A stretch of DNA of 64,000 nt from Eledone cirrhosa (lineage: Eukaryota), in NCBI GenBank assembly GCA_964016885.1, contig OZ024744.1:135780001-135844000 (forward strand). Direction: 5' to 3'. Below, piece after piece: positions 27,801 to 42,800 of this stretch. A model generated the notes under the pieces. It was not told the origin of the DNA. It saw only the letters and a list, made by a program, of their open reading frames with translations, and made no database searches. Both the position numbers and the translations under genes were made by a program. Within the stretch, counting starts at the first letter, position 1; the number at the start of each line of letters is the position of its first letter.

Positions 27801-30800
27801 GTGATGTGTATGGATGAACTGAGAGAGAAACTAGGTTTAAGAGGAATCAGATGTAGGAGAGGAGACTGTGTTAGTAGAGACATGGAATGTGTATGGATGA
27901 ACTGAGAAAGAAACTAGGTATAAGACGAATCAGATGTAGGAGAGGAGACTGTTAGCATAGACATGGGATGTGTATGGATGAACTGAGAGAGAAACTAGGT
28001 ATAAGAGGAATCAGATGTAGGAGAGGAGACTGTGTTGGTATAGACATGTGATGTGTATGGATGAACTGAGAGAGAAACTAGGTATAAGAGGAATCAGATA
28101 TAGTGTGTAGGAGAGGAGACTGTGTTGGTATAGACATGTGATGTGTATAGATGAACTGAGAGAGAAACTAGTTATAAGAGGAATCAGATGTAGGAGAGGT
28201 GATTGTGTGGGTATAGACAGGGGATGTGTATAGATGAACTGAGAGAGAAACTAGGTTTAACAGGAATCAGATGTAGGAGAGGAGACTGTTTGTATAGACA
28301 TGTGATGTGTATGGATGAACTGAGAGAGAAACTAGGTATATATAGGAATCAGATGTAGTGTGTAGGAGAGGAGACTGTGTTGGTATAGACATGTGATGTG
28401 TATGGATGAACTGAGAGAGAAACTAGGTATAAGAGGAATCAGATGTAGTGTGTAGGAGAGGAGACTGTGTTGGTATAGACATGGGATGTGTATGGATGAA
28501 GTGAGAGGGAAACTAGGTATAACAGGAATCAGAGGTAGTGTGTAGGAGAGGAGACTGTGTTGGTATAGACATGTGATGTGTAATGATGAACTGAGAGAGA
28601 AACTAGGTATAAGAGGAATCAGATGTAGTGTGTAGGATAGGAGACTGTGTTGGTATAGACATGTGATGTGTATGGATGAAATGAGAGAGAAACTAGGTAT
28701 AAGAGGAATCAGATGTAGTGTGTAGGAGAGAAGACTGTGTTTGTATAGACATGGGATGTGTATGGATGAAGTGAGAGGGAAACTAGGTATAAGAAGAATC
28801 AGATGTAGTGTGTAGGAGAGGAGACTGTTTGTATAGACATGTGATGTTTATGGATGAACTGAGAGAGAAACTAGGTATAAGAGGAATCAGATGTAGTGTG
28901 TAGGAGAGGAGACTGTGTTGGTATAGGCATGTGATGTGTATGGATAAACTGAGAGAGAAACTAGGTATAAGAGGAATCAGATGTAGTGTGTAGGAGAGGA
29001 GACTGTGTTGGTATAGACATATGATGTGTATGGATGAAGTGAGAGAGAAACTAGGTATGAGAAAAATCAGATGTAGTGTGTAGGAGAGGAGACTGTTTGT
29101 ATAGACATGTGATGTGTATGGATGAACTGAGAGAGAAACTAGGTATAAGAAGAATCAGATGTAGTGTGTAGGAGAGGAGACTGTTTGTATAGACATGTGA
29201 TATGTATGGATGAACTGGGAGAGAAACTAGGTATAAGAGGAATCAGATGTAGGAGAGGTGATTGTGTTGGTATAGACATGGGATGCGTATAGATGAACTG
29301 AGAGAGAAACTAGGTTTAAGAGGAATCAGATGTAGGAGAGGAGACTGTGTTTGTATAGACATGTGATGTGTATGGATTAACTGAGAGAGAAACTAGGTTT
29401 AAGAGGAATCAGATGTAGGAGAGGAGACTGTGTTAGTAGAGACATGGAATGTGTATGGATGAACTGAGAAAGAATCTAGGTATATGAGGAATCAGATGTA
29501 GGAGAGGAGACTGTTAGTATAGACATGGGATGTGTATGGATGAACTGAGAGAGAAACTAGGTATAAGAGGAATCAGATGTAGGAGAGGAGACTGTGTTGG
29601 TATAGACATGTGATGTGTATGGATGAACTGAGAGAGAAACTAGGTATAAGAGGAATCAGATATAGTGTGTAGGAGAGGAGACTGTGTTGGTATAGACATG
29701 TGATGTGTATAGATGAACTGAGAGAGAAACTAGTTATAAGAGGAATCAGATGTAGGAGAGGTGATTGTGTGTGTATAGACAGGGGATGTGTATAGATGAA
29801 CTGAGAGAGAAACTAGGTATAAGAGGAATCAGATGTAGTGTGTAGGAGAGGAGACTGTGTTGGTATAGACATGGGATGTGTATGGATGAAGTGAGAGGGA
29901 AACTAGGTATAACAGGAATCAGAGGTAGTGTGTAGGAGAGGAGACTGTGTTGGTATAGACATGTGATGTGTAATGATGAACTGAGAGAGAAACTAGGTAT
30001 AAGAGGAATCAGATGTAGTGTGTAGGATAGGAGACTGTGTTGGTATAGACATGTGATGTGTATGGATGAAATGAGAGAGAAACTAGGTATAAGAGGAATC
30101 AGATGTAGTGTGTAGGAGAGAAGACTGTGTTGGTATAGACATGTGATGTGTATGGATGAACTGAGAAAGAAACTAGGTATAAGACGAATCAGATGTAGGA
30201 GAGGAGACTGTTAGTATAGACATGGGATGTGTATGGATGAACTGAGAGAGAAACTAGGTATAAGAGGAATCAGATGTAGGAGAGGAGACTGTTAGTATAG
30301 ACATGGGATGTGTATGGATGAACTGAGAGAGAAACTAGGTATAAGAGGAATCAGATGTAGGAGAGGAGACTGTGTTGGTATAGACATGTGATGTGTATGG
30401 ATGAACTGAGAGAGAAACTAGGTATAAGAGGAATCAGATATAGTGTGTAGGAGAGGAGACTGTGTTGGTATAGACATGTGATGTGTATAGATGAACTGAG
30501 AGAGAAACTAGTTATAAGAGGAATCAGATGTAGGAGAGGTGATTGTGTGTGTATAGACAGGGGATGTGTATAGATGAACTGAGAGAGAAACTAGGTTTAA
30601 CAGGAATCAGATGTAGTGTGTAGGAGAGGAGACTGTGTTGGTATAGACATGTGATGTGTATGGATGAACTGAGAGAGAAACTAGGTATAAGAGGAATCAG
30701 ATGTAGTGTGTAGGAGAGGTGACTGTGTTAGTATAGACATGTGATGAACTGAGAGAGAAACTAGGTATAAGAGGAATCAGATGTAGTGTGTAGGAGAGGA

Positions 30801-33800
30801 GACTGTGTTGGTATAGACATGTGATGAACAGAGATGAACTGAGAGAGAAACTAGGTATAAGAGGAATCAGATGTAGTGTGTAGGAGAGGAGACTGTCTTT
30901 CTATAGACATGTGATGTGTATAGATGAATTGAGAGAGAAACTAGGTATAAGAGGAATCAGATGTAGTGTGTAGGAGAGGAGACTGTTTGTATAGACATGT
31001 GATGTGTATGGATGAACTGGGAGAGAAACTAGGTATAAGAGGAATCAGATGTAGGAGAGGTGATTGTGTTGGTATAGACATGGGATGTGTATAGATGAAC
31101 TGAGAGAGAAACTAGGTTTAAGAGGAATCAGATGTAGGAGAGGAGACTGTGTTTGTATAGACATGTGATGTGTATGGATGAACTGAGAGAGAAACTAGGT
31201 TTAAGAGGAATTAGATGTAGTGTGTAGGAGAGGAGACTGTGTTGGTATAGACATGTGATGTGTATGGATGAACTGAGAAAGAAACTAGGTATAAGACGAA
31301 TCAGATGTAGGAGAGGAGACTGTTAGTATAGACATGGGATGTGTATGGATGAACTGAGAGAGAAACTAGGTATAAGAGGAATCAGATGTAGGAGAGGAGA
31401 CTGTTAGTATAGACATGGGATGTGTATGGATGAACTGAGAGAGAAACTAGGTATAAGAGGAATCAGATGTAGGAGAGGAGACTGTGTTGGTATAGACATG
31501 TGATGTGTATGGATGAACTGAGAGAGAAACTAGGTATAAGAGGAATCAGATGTAGTGTGTAGGAGAGGAGACTGTGTTGGTATAGACATGTGATGTGTAT
31601 GGATGAACTGAGAGAGAAACTAATTATAAGAGGGATCAGATGTAGGAGAGGTGATTGTTTGGGTATAGACATGGGAGGTGTATAGATGAACTGAGAGAGA
31701 AACTAGGTTTAACAGGAATCAGAGGTAGTGTGTAGGAGAGGAGACTGTGTTGGTATAGACATGTGATGTGTAATGATGAACTGAGAGAGAAACTAGGTAT
31801 AAGAGGAATCAGATGTAGTGTGTAGGATAGGAGACTGTGTTGGTATAGACATGTGATGTGTATGGATGAAATGAGAGAGAAACTAGGTATAAGAGGAATC
31901 AGATGTAGTGTGTAGGAGAGAAGACTGTGTTTGTATAGACATGGGATGTGTATGGATGAAGTGAGAGGGAAACTAGGTATAAGAGGAATCAGATGTAGTG
32001 TGTAGGAGAGGAGACTGTGTTGGTATAGACATATGATGTGTATGGATGAAGTGAGAGAGAAACTAGGTATGAGAAAAATCAGATGTAGTGTGTAGGAGAG
32101 GAGACTGTTTGTATAGACATGTGATGTGTATGGATGAACTGAGAGAGAAACTAGGTATAAGAAGAATCAGATGTAGTGTGTAGGAGAGGAGACTGTTTGT
32201 ATAGACATGTGATATGTATGGATGAACTGGGAGAGAAACTAGGTATAAGAGGAATCAGATGTAGGAGAGGTGATTGTGTTGGTATAGACATGGGATGCGT
32301 ATAGATGAACTGAGAGAGAAACTAGGTTTAAGAGGAATCAGATGTAGGAGAGGAGACTGTGTTTGTATAGACATGTGATGTGTATGGATGAACTGAGAGA
32401 GAAACTAGGTTTAAGAGGAATCAGATGTAGGAGAGGAGACTGTGTTAGTAGAGACATGGAATGTGTATGGATGAACTGAGAAAGAATCTAGGTATATGAG
32501 GAATCAGATGTAGGAGAGGAGACTGTTAGTATAGACATGGGATGTGTATGGATGAACTGAGAGAGAAACTAGGTATAAGAGGAATCAGATGTAGGAGAGG
32601 AGACTGTGTTGGTATAGACATGTGATGTGTATGGATGAACTGAGAGAGAAACTAGGTATAAGAGGAATCAGATATAGTGTGTAGGAGAGGAGACTGTGTT
32701 GGTATAGACATGTGATGTGTATAGATGAACTGAGAGAGAAACTAGTTATAAGAGGAATCAGATGTAGGAGAGGTGATTGTGTGTGTATAGACAGGGGATG
32801 TGTATAGATGAACTGAGAGAGAAACTAGGTTTAACAGGAATCAGATGTAGTGTGTAGGAGAGGAGACTGTGTTGGTATAGACATGTGATGTGTATGGATG
32901 AACTGAGAGAGAAACTAGGTATAAGAGGAATCAGATGTAGTGTGTAGGAGAGGTGACTGTGTTAGTATAGACATGTGATGAACTGAGAGAGAAACTAGGT
33001 ATAAGAGGAATCAGATGTAGTGTGTAGGAGAGGAGACTGTGTTGGTATAGACATGTGATGAACAGAGATGAACTGAGAGAGAAACTAGGTATAAGAGGAA
33101 TCAGATGTAGTGTGTAGGAGAGGAGACTGTCTTTCTATAGACATGTGATGTGTATAGATGAATTGAGAGAGAAACTAGGTATAAGAGGAATCAGATGTAG
33201 TGTGTAGGAGAGGAGACTGTTTGTATAGACATGTGATGTGTATGGATGAACTGGGAGAGAAACTAGGTATAAGAGGAATCAGATGTAGGAGAGGTGATTG
33301 TGTTGGTATAGACATGGGATGTGTATAGATGAACTGAGAGAGAAACTAGGTTTAAGAGGAATCAGATGTAGGAGAGGAGACTGTGTTTGTATAGACATGT
33401 GATGTGTATGGATGAACTGAGAGAGAAACTAGGTTTAAGAGGAATTAGATGTAGTGTGTAGGAGAGGAGACTGTGTTGGTATAGACATGTGATGTGTATG
33501 GATGAACTGAGAAAGAAACTAGGTATAAGACGAATCAGATGTAGGAGAGGAGACTGTTAGTATAGACATGGGATGTGTATGGATGAACTGAGAGAGAAAC
33601 TAGGTATAAGAGGAATCAGATGTAGGAGAGGAGACTGTGTTGGTATAGACATGTGATGTGTATGGATGAACTGAGAGAGAAACTAGGTATAAGAGGAATC
33701 AGATATAGTGTGTAGGAGAGGAGACTGTGTTGGTATTCGACATGTGATGTGTATAGATGAACTGAGAGAGAAACTAGTTATAAGAGGAATCAGATGTAGG

Positions 33801-36800
33801 AGAGGTGATTGTGTGGGTATAGACAGGGGATGTGTATAGATGAACTGAGAGAGAAACTAGGTTTAACCGGAATCAGATGTAGTGTGTAGGAGAGGAGACT
33901 GTGTTGGTATAGACATGTGATGTGTATGGATGAACTGAGAGAGAAACTAGGTATAAGAGGAATCAGATGTAGTGTGTAGGAGAGGAGACTGTGTTGGTAT
34001 AGACATGGGATGTGTATGGATGAAGTGAGAGGGAAACTAGGTAGGAGAAGAATCAGATGTAGTGTGTAGGAGAGGAGACTGTTTGTATAGACATGTGATG
34101 TGTATGGATGAACTGAGAGAGAAACTAGGTATAAGAGGAATCAGATGTAGTGTGTAGGAGAGGAGACTGTGTTGGTATAGACATATGATGTGTATGGATG
34201 AAGTGAGAGAGAAACTAGGTATGAGAAGAATCAGATGTAGTGTGTAGGAGAGGAGACTGTTTGTATAGACATGTGATGTGTATGGATGAACTGAGAGAGA
34301 AACTAGGTATAAGAAGAATCAGATGTAGTGTGTAGGAGAGGAGACTGTTTGTATAGACATGTGATGTGTATGGATGAACTGGGAGAGAAACTAGGTATAA
34401 GAGGAATCAGATGTAGGAGAGGTGATTGTGTTGGTATAGACATGGGATGTGTATAGATGAACTGAGAGAGAAACTAGGTTTAAGAGGAATCAGATGTAGG
34501 AGAGGAGACTGTGTTTGTATAGACATGTGATGTGTATGGATGAACTGAGAGAGAAACTAGGTTTAAGAGGAATCAGATGTAGGAGAGGAGACTGTGTTAG
34601 TAGAGACATGGAATGTGTATGGATGAACTGAGAAAGAAACTAGGTATAAGACGAATCAGATGTAGGAGAGGAGACTGTTAGCATAGACATGGGATGTGTA
34701 TGGATGAACTGAGAGAGAAACTAGGTATAAGAGGAATCAGATGTAGGAGAGGAGACTGTGTTGGTATAGACATGTGATGTGTATGGATGAACTGAGAGAG
34801 AAACTAGGTATAAGAGGAATCAGATATAGTGTGTAGGAGAGGAGACTGTGTTGGTATAGACATGTGATGTGTATAGATGAACTGAGAGAGAAACTAGTTA
34901 TAAGAGGAATCAGATGTAGGAGAGGTGATTGTGTGGGTATAGACAGGGGATGTGTATAGATGAACTGAGAGAGAAACTAGGTTTAACAGGAATCAGATGT
35001 AGGAGAGGAGACTGTTTGTATAGACATGTGATGTGTATGGATGAACTGAGAGAGAAACTAGGTATATATAGGAATCAGATGTAGTGTGTAGGAGAGGAGA
35101 CTGTGTTGGTATAGACATGTGATGTGTATGGATGAACTGAGAGAGAAACTAGGTATAAGAGGAATCAGATGTAGTGTGTAGGAGAGGAGACTGTGTTGGT
35201 ATAGACATGGGATGTGTATGGATGAAGTGAGAGGGAAACTAGGTATAACAGGAATCAGAGGTAGTGTGTAGGAGAGGAGACTGTGTTGGTATAGACATGT
35301 GATGTGTAATGATGAACTGAGAGAGAAACTAGGTATAAGAGGAATCAGATGTAGTGTGTAGGATAGGAGACTGTGTTGGTATAGACATGTGATGTGTATG
35401 GATGAAATGAGAGAGAAACTAGGTATAAGAGGAATCAGATGTAGTGTGTAGGAGAGAAGACTGTGTTTGTATAGACATGGGATGTGTATGGATGAAGTGA
35501 GAGGGAAACTAGGTATAAGAAGAATCAGATGTAGTGTCTAGGAGAGGAGACTGTTTGTATAGACATGTGATGTTTATGGATGAACTGAGAGAGAAACTAG
35601 GTATAAGAGGAATCAGATGTAGTGTGTAGGAGAGGAGACTGTGTTGGTATAGGCATGTGATGTGTATGGATAAACTGAGAGAGAAACTAGGTATAAGAGG
35701 AATCAGATGTAGTGTGTAGGAGAGGAGACTGTGTTGGTATAGACATATGATGTGTATGGATGAAGTGAGAGAGAAACTAGGTATGAGAAAAATCAGATGT
35801 AGTGTGTAGGAGAGGAGACTGTTTGTATAGACATGTGATGTGTATGGATGAACTGAGAGAGAAACTAGGTATAAGAAGAATCAGATGTAGTGTGTAGGAG
35901 AGGAGACTGTTTGTATAGACATGTGATATGTATGGATGAACTGGGAGAGAAACTAGGTATAAGAGGAATCAGATGTAGGAGAGGTGATTGTGTTGGTATA
36001 GACATGGGATGCGTATAGATGAACTGAGAGAGAAACTAGGTTTAAGAGGAATCAGATGTAGGAGAGGAGACTGTGTTTGTATAGACATGTGATGTGTATG
36101 GATTAACTGAGAGAGAAACTAGGTTTAAGAGGAATCAGATGTAGGAGAGGAGACTGTGTTAGTAGAGACATGGAATGTGTATGGATGAACTGAGAAAGAA
36201 TCTAGGTATATGAGGAATCAGATGTAGGAGAGGAGACTGTTAGTATAGACATGGGATGTGTATGGATGAACTGAGAGAGAAACTAGGTATAAGAGGAATC
36301 AGATGTAGGAGAGGAGACTGTGTTGGTATAGACATGTGATGTGTATGGATGAACTGAGAGAGAAACTAGGTATAAGAGGAATCAGATATAGTGTGTAGGA
36401 GAGGAGACTGTGTTGGTATAGACATGTGATGTGTATAGATGAACTGAGAGAGAAACTAGTTATAAGAGGAATCAGATGTAGGAGAGGTGATTGTGTGTGT
36501 ATAGACAGGGGATGTGTATAGATGAACTGAGAGAGAAACTAGGTATAAGAGGAATCAGATGTAGTGTGTAGGAGAGGAGACTGTGTTGGTATAGACATGG
36601 GATGTGTATGGATGAAGTGAGAGGGAAACTAGGTATAACAGGAATCAGAGGTAGTGTGTAGGAGAGGAGACTGTGTTGGTATAGACATGTGATGTGTAAT
36701 GATGAACTGAGAGAGAAACTAGGTATAAGAGGAATCAGATGTAGTGTGTAGGATAGGAGACTGTGTTGGTATAGACATGTGATGTGTATGGATGAAATGA

Positions 36801-36857
36801 GAGAGAAACTAGGTATAAGAGGAATCAGATGTAGTGTGTAGGAGAGAAGACTGTGTT
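23396..36857. repeat. 6726-bp near-identical tandem duplication (~23396-30121 and ~30122-36857)
   Basis: The tcgac of variant ggtattcgac is at 27011 and 33737 (offset 6726). Identical ORFs at 24737 and 31463; ctttctatag at 24171/30897 and 26405/33131. Only one mismatch noticed by eye (28812 G vs 35538 C). Confidence 0.92.
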
Positions 36858-39800
36858 TGTATAGACATGGGATGTGTATGGATGAAGTGAGAGGGAAACT
36901 AGGTATAAGAAGAATCAGATGTAGTGTGTAGGAGAGGAGACTGTTTGTATAGACATGTGATGTTTATGGATGAACTGAGAGAGAAACTAGGTATAAGAGG
37001 AATCAGATGTAGTGTGTAGGAGAGGAGACTGTGTTGGTATAGGCATGTGATGTGTATGGATAAACTGAGAGAGAAACTAGGTATAAGAGGAATCAGATGT
37101 AGTGTGTAGGAGAGGAGACTGTGTTGGTATAGACATATGATGTGTATGGATGAAGTGAGAGAGAAACTAGGTATGAGAAAAATCAGATGTAGTGTGTAGG
37201 AGAGGAGACTGTTTGTATAGACATGTGATGTGTATGGATGAACTGAGAGAGAAACTAGGTATAAGAAGAATCAGATGTAGTGTGTAGGAGAGGAGACTGT
37301 TTGTATAGACATGTGATATGTATGGATGAACTGGGAGAGAAACTAGGTATAAGAGGAATCAGATGTAGGAGAGGTGATTGTGTTGGTATAGACATGGGAT
37401 GCGTATAGATGAACTGAGAGAGAAACTAGGTTTAAGAGGAATCAGATGTAGGAGAGGAGACTGTGTTTGTATAGACATGTGATGTGTATGGATTAACTGA
37501 GAGAGAAACTAGGTTTAAGAGGAATCAGATGTAGGAGAGGAGACTGTGTTAGTAGAGACATGGAATGTGTATGGATGAACTGAGAAAGAATCTAGGTATA
37601 TGAGGAATCAGATGTAGGAGAGGAGACTGTTAGTATAGACATGGGATGTGTATGGATGAACTGAGAGAGAAACTAGGTATAAGAGGAATCAGATGTAGGA
37701 GAGGAGACTGTGTTGGTATAGACATGTGATGTGTATGGATGAACTGAGAGAGAAACTAGGTATAAGAGGAATCAGATATAGTGTGTAGGAGAGGAGACTG
37801 TGTTGGTATAGACATGTGATGTGTATAGATGAACTGAGAGGGAAACTAGTTATAAGAGGAATCAGATGTAGGAGAGGTGATTGTGTGTGTATAGACAGGG
37901 GATGTGTATAGATGAACTGAGAGAGAAACTAGGTTTAACAGGAATCAGATGTAGTGTGTAGGAGAGGAGACTGTGTTGGTATAGACATGTGATGTGTATG
38001 GATGAACTGAGAGAGAAACTAGGTATAAGAGGAATCAGATGTAGTGTGTAGGAGAGGTGACTGTGTTAGTATAGACATGTGATGAACTGAGAGAGAAACT
38101 AGGTATAAGAGGAATCAGATGTAGTGTGTAGGAGAGGAGACTGTGTTGGTATAGACATGTGATGAACAGAGATGAACTGAGAGAGAAACTAGGTATAAGA
38201 GGAATCAGATGTAGTGTGTAGGAGAGGAGACTGTCTTTCTATAGACATGTGATGTGTATAGATGAATTGAGAGAGAAACTAGGTATAAGAGGAATCAGAT
38301 GTAGTGTGTAGGAGAGGAGACTGTTTGTATAGACATGTGATGTGTATGGATGAACTGGGAGAGAAACTAGGTATAAGAGGAATCAGATGTAGGAGAGGTG
38401 ATTGTGTTGGTATAGACATGGGATGTGTATAGATGAACTGAGAGAGAAACTAGGTTTAAGAGGAATCAGATGTAGGAGAGGAGACTGTGTTTGTATAGAC
38501 ATGTGATGTGTATGGATGAACTGAGAGAGAAACTAGGTTTAAGAGGAATTAGATGTAGTGTGTAGGAGAGGAGACTGTGTTGGTATAGACATGTGATGTG
38601 TATGGATGAACTGAGAAAGAAACTAGGTATAAGACGAATCAGATGTAGGAGAGGAGACTGTTAGTATAGACATGGGATGTGTATGGATGAACTGAGAGAG
38701 AAACTAGGTATAAGAGGAATCAGATGTAGGAGAGGAGACTGTGTTGGTATAGACATGTGATGTGTATGGATGAACTGAGAGAGAAACTAGGTATAAGAGG
38801 AATCAGATATAGTGTGTAGGAGAGGAGACTGTGTTGGTATAGACATGTGATGTGTATAGATGAACTGAGAGAGAAACTAGTTATAAGAGGAATCAGATGT
38901 AGGAGAGGTGATTGTGTGGGTATAGACAGGGGATGTGTATAGATGAACTGAGAGAGAAACTAGGTTTAACCGGAATCAGATGTGGTGTGTAGGAGAGGAG
39001 ACTGTGTTGGTATAGACATGTGATGTGTATGGATGAACTGAGAGAGAAACTAGGTATAAGAGGAATCAGATGTAGTGTGTAGGAGAGGAGACTGTGTTGG
39101 TATAGACATGTGATGTGTATGGATGAAGTGAGAGAGAAACTAGGTATGAGAAGAATCAGATGTAGTGTGTAGGAGAGGAGACTGTTTGTATAGACATGTG
39201 ATGTGTATGTATGAACTGGGAGAGAAACTAGGTATAAGAGGAATCAGATGTAGGAGAGGTGATTGTGTTGGTATAGACATGGGATATGTATAGATGAACT
39301 GAGAGAGAAACTAGGTTTAAGAGGAATCAGATGTAGTGTGTAGGAGAGGAGACTGTGTTTGTATAGACATGTGATGTGTATGGATGAACTGAGAGAGAAA
39401 CTAGGTTTAAGAGGAATCAGATGTAGTGTGTAGGAGAGGAGACTGTTTGTATAGACATGTGATGTGTATGTATGAACTGGGAGAGAAACTAGGTATAAGA
39501 GGAATCAGATGTAGGAGAGGTGATTGTGTTGGTATAGACATGTGATGTGTATGGATGAAGTGAGAGAGAAACTAGGTATGAGAAGAATCAGATGTAGTGT
39601 GTAGGAGAGGAGACTGTGTTTGTATAGACATGTGATGTGTATGGATGAACTGAGAGAGAAACTAGGTTTAAGAGGAATCAGATGTAGTGTGTAGGAGAGG
39701 AGACTGTGTTGGTATAGACATGTGATGTGTATGGATGAAGTGAGAGAGAAACTAGGTATGAGAAGAATCAGATGTAGTGTGTAGGAGAGGAGACTGTGTT

Positions 39801-42800
39801 TGTATAGACATGTGATGTGTATGGATGAACTGAGAGAGAAACTAGGTTTAAGAGGAATCAGATGTAGGAGAGGAGACTGTGTTAGTAGAGACATGGAATG
39901 TGTATGGATGAACTGAGAAAGAAACTAGGTATAAGACGAATCAGATGTAGGAGAGGAGACTGTTAGTATAGACATGGGATGTGTATGGATGAACTGAGAG
40001 AGAAACTAGGTATAAGAGGAATCAGATGTAGGAGAGGAGACTGTGTTGGTATAGACATGTGATGTGTATGGATGAACTGAGAGAGAAACTAGGTATAAGA
40101 GGAATCAGATATAGTGTGTAGGAGAGGAGACTGTGTTGGTATAGACATGTGATGTGTATAGATGAACTGAGAGAGAAACTAGTTATAAGAGGAATCAGAT
40201 GTAGGAGAGGTGATTGTGTGGGTATAGACAGGGGATGTGTATAGATGAACTGAGAGAGAAACTAGGTTTAACAGGAATCAGATGTAGTGTGTAGGAGAGG
40301 AGACTGTGTTGGTATAGACATGTGATGTGTATGGATGAACTGAGAGAGAAACTAGGTATAAGAGGAATCAGATGTAGTGTGTAGGAGAGGAGACTGTGTT
40401 GGTATAGACATGTGATGTGTATGGATGAAGTGAGAGAGAAACTAGGTATGAGAAGAATCAGATGTAGTGTGTAGGAGAGGAGACTGTTTGTATCGACATG
40501 TGATGTGTATGTATGAACTGGGAGAGAAACTAGGTATAAGAGGAATCAGATGTAGGAGAGGTCATTGTGTTGGTATAGACATGGGATGTGTATAGATGAA
40601 CTGAGAGAGAAACTAGGTTTAAGAGGAATCAGATGTAGGAGAGGAGACTGTGTTTGTATAGACATGTGATGTGTATGGATGAACTGACAGAGAAACTAGG
40701 TATAAGAGGAATCAGATGTAGGAGAGGAGACTGTTAGTATAGACATGGGATGTGTATGGATGAACTGAGAGAGAAACTAGGTATAAGAGGAATCAGATGT
40801 AGGACAGGAGACTGTGTTGGTATAGACAGGGGATGTGTATGGATGAACTAAGAAAGAAACTATGAATAACAGGAATCAGATGTAGTGTGTAGGAGAGGAG
40901 ACTGTGTTTGTATAGACATGTGATGTGTATGGATAAACTGAGAGAGAAACTAGTTATAAGAGGAATCAGATGTAGGAGAGGTGATTGTATGGGTATAGAC
41001 AGGGGATGTGTATGGATGAACTGAGAGAGAAACTAGGTTTAACAGGAATCAGATGTAGCGTGTAGGAGAGGAGACTGTGTTGGTATAGACATGTGATGTG
41101 TATGGATGAACTGAGAGATAAACAAGGTAAAAGAGGAATCAGATGTAGTGTGTAGGAGAGGAGACTGTGTTGGTATAGATATGTGATGTGTATGGATGAA
41201 CTGAGAGATAAACAAGGTAAAAGAGGAATCAGATGTAGTGTGTAGGAGAGGAGACTGTGTTGGTATAGAGATGTGATGAACTGAGATAAACAAGGTATAA
41301 GAGGAATCAGATGTAGTGTGTAGGATAGGAGACTGTGTTTGTATAGACATGGGATGTGTATGGATGAACTGAGAGAGAAACTAGGTATAAGAGGAATCAG
41401 ATATAGGAGAGGAGACTGTGTTGGTATAGACATGTGATGTGTATGGATGAACTGAGAGAGAAACTAGGTATAAGAGGAATCAGATGTAGGAGAGGAGACT
41501 GTGTTGGTATAGACATGTGATGTGTATGGATGAACTGAGAGAGAAACTAGGTATAAGAGGAATCAGATGTAGGAGAGGAGACTGTGTTGGTATAGACATG
41601 TGATGTGTATGGATAAACTGAGAGAGAAACTAGGTATATATAGGAATCAGATGTAGTGTGTAGGAGAGGAGACTGTGTTGGTATAGGCATGTGATGTGTA
41701 TGGATAAACTGAGAGAGAAACTAGGTATAAGAAGAATCAGATGTAGTGTGTAGGAGAGGAGACTGTTTGTATAGACATGTGATGTGTATGGATGAACTGG
41801 GAGAGAAACTAGGTATAAGAGGAATCAGATGTAGGAGAGGTGATTGTGTTGGTATAGACATGTGATGTGTATAGATGAACTGAGAGAGAAACTAGTTATA
41901 AGAGGAATCAGATGTAGGAGAGGAGACTGTTTGTATAGACATGTGATGTGTATGGATGAACTGAGAGAGAAACTAGGTATATATAGGAATCAGATGTAGT
42001 GTGTAGGAGAGGAGACTGTGTTGGTATAGACATGTGATGTGTATGGATGAACTGAGAGAGAAACTAGGTATAAGAGGAATCAGATGTAGTGTGTAGGAGA
42101 GGAGACTGTGTTGGTATAGACATGTGATGTGTATGGATGAAGTGAGAGAGAAACTAGGTATGAGAAGAATCAGATGTAGTGTGTAGGAGAGGAGACTGTT
42201 TGTATAGACATGTGATGTGTATGTATGAACTGGGAGAGAAACTAGGTATAAGAGGAATCAGATGTAGGAGAGGTGATTGTGTTGGTATAGACATGGGATG
42301 TGTATAGATGAACTGAGAGAGAAACTAGGTTTAAGAGGAATCAGATGTAGGAGAGGAGACTGTGTTAGTAGAGACATGGAATGTGTATGGATGAACTGAG
42401 AGAGAAACTAGGTATAAGAGGAATCAGATGTAGGAGAGGAGACTGTTAGTATAGACATGGGATGTGTATGGATGAACTGAGAGAGAAACTAGGTATAAGA
42501 GGAATCAGATGTAGGAGAGGAGACTGTGTTGGTATAGACATGTGATGTGTATGGATGAACTGAGAGAGAAACTAGGTATAAGAGGAATCAGATGTAGTGT
42601 GTAGGAGAGGAGACTGTGTTGGTATAGACATGTGATGTGTATGGATGAACTGAGAGAGAAACTAATTATAAGAGGGATCAGATGTAGGAGAGGTGATTGT
42701 TTGGGTATAGACATGGGAGGTGTATAGATGAACTGAGAGAGAAACTAGGTTTAACAGGAATCAGAGGTAGTGTGTAGGAGAGGAGACTGTGTTGGTATAG

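Noticed and set aside
41039-41350. Second minus frame (MSIPTQSPLLHTTSDSSYT*FLSQFIHTHH) as a stop-readthrough or alternative-code protein with one TAG per repeat
   Set aside because: The stop is simply the CTAG in the consensus. Frameshifting monomer lengths would break the frame every few units even with TAG reassigned.
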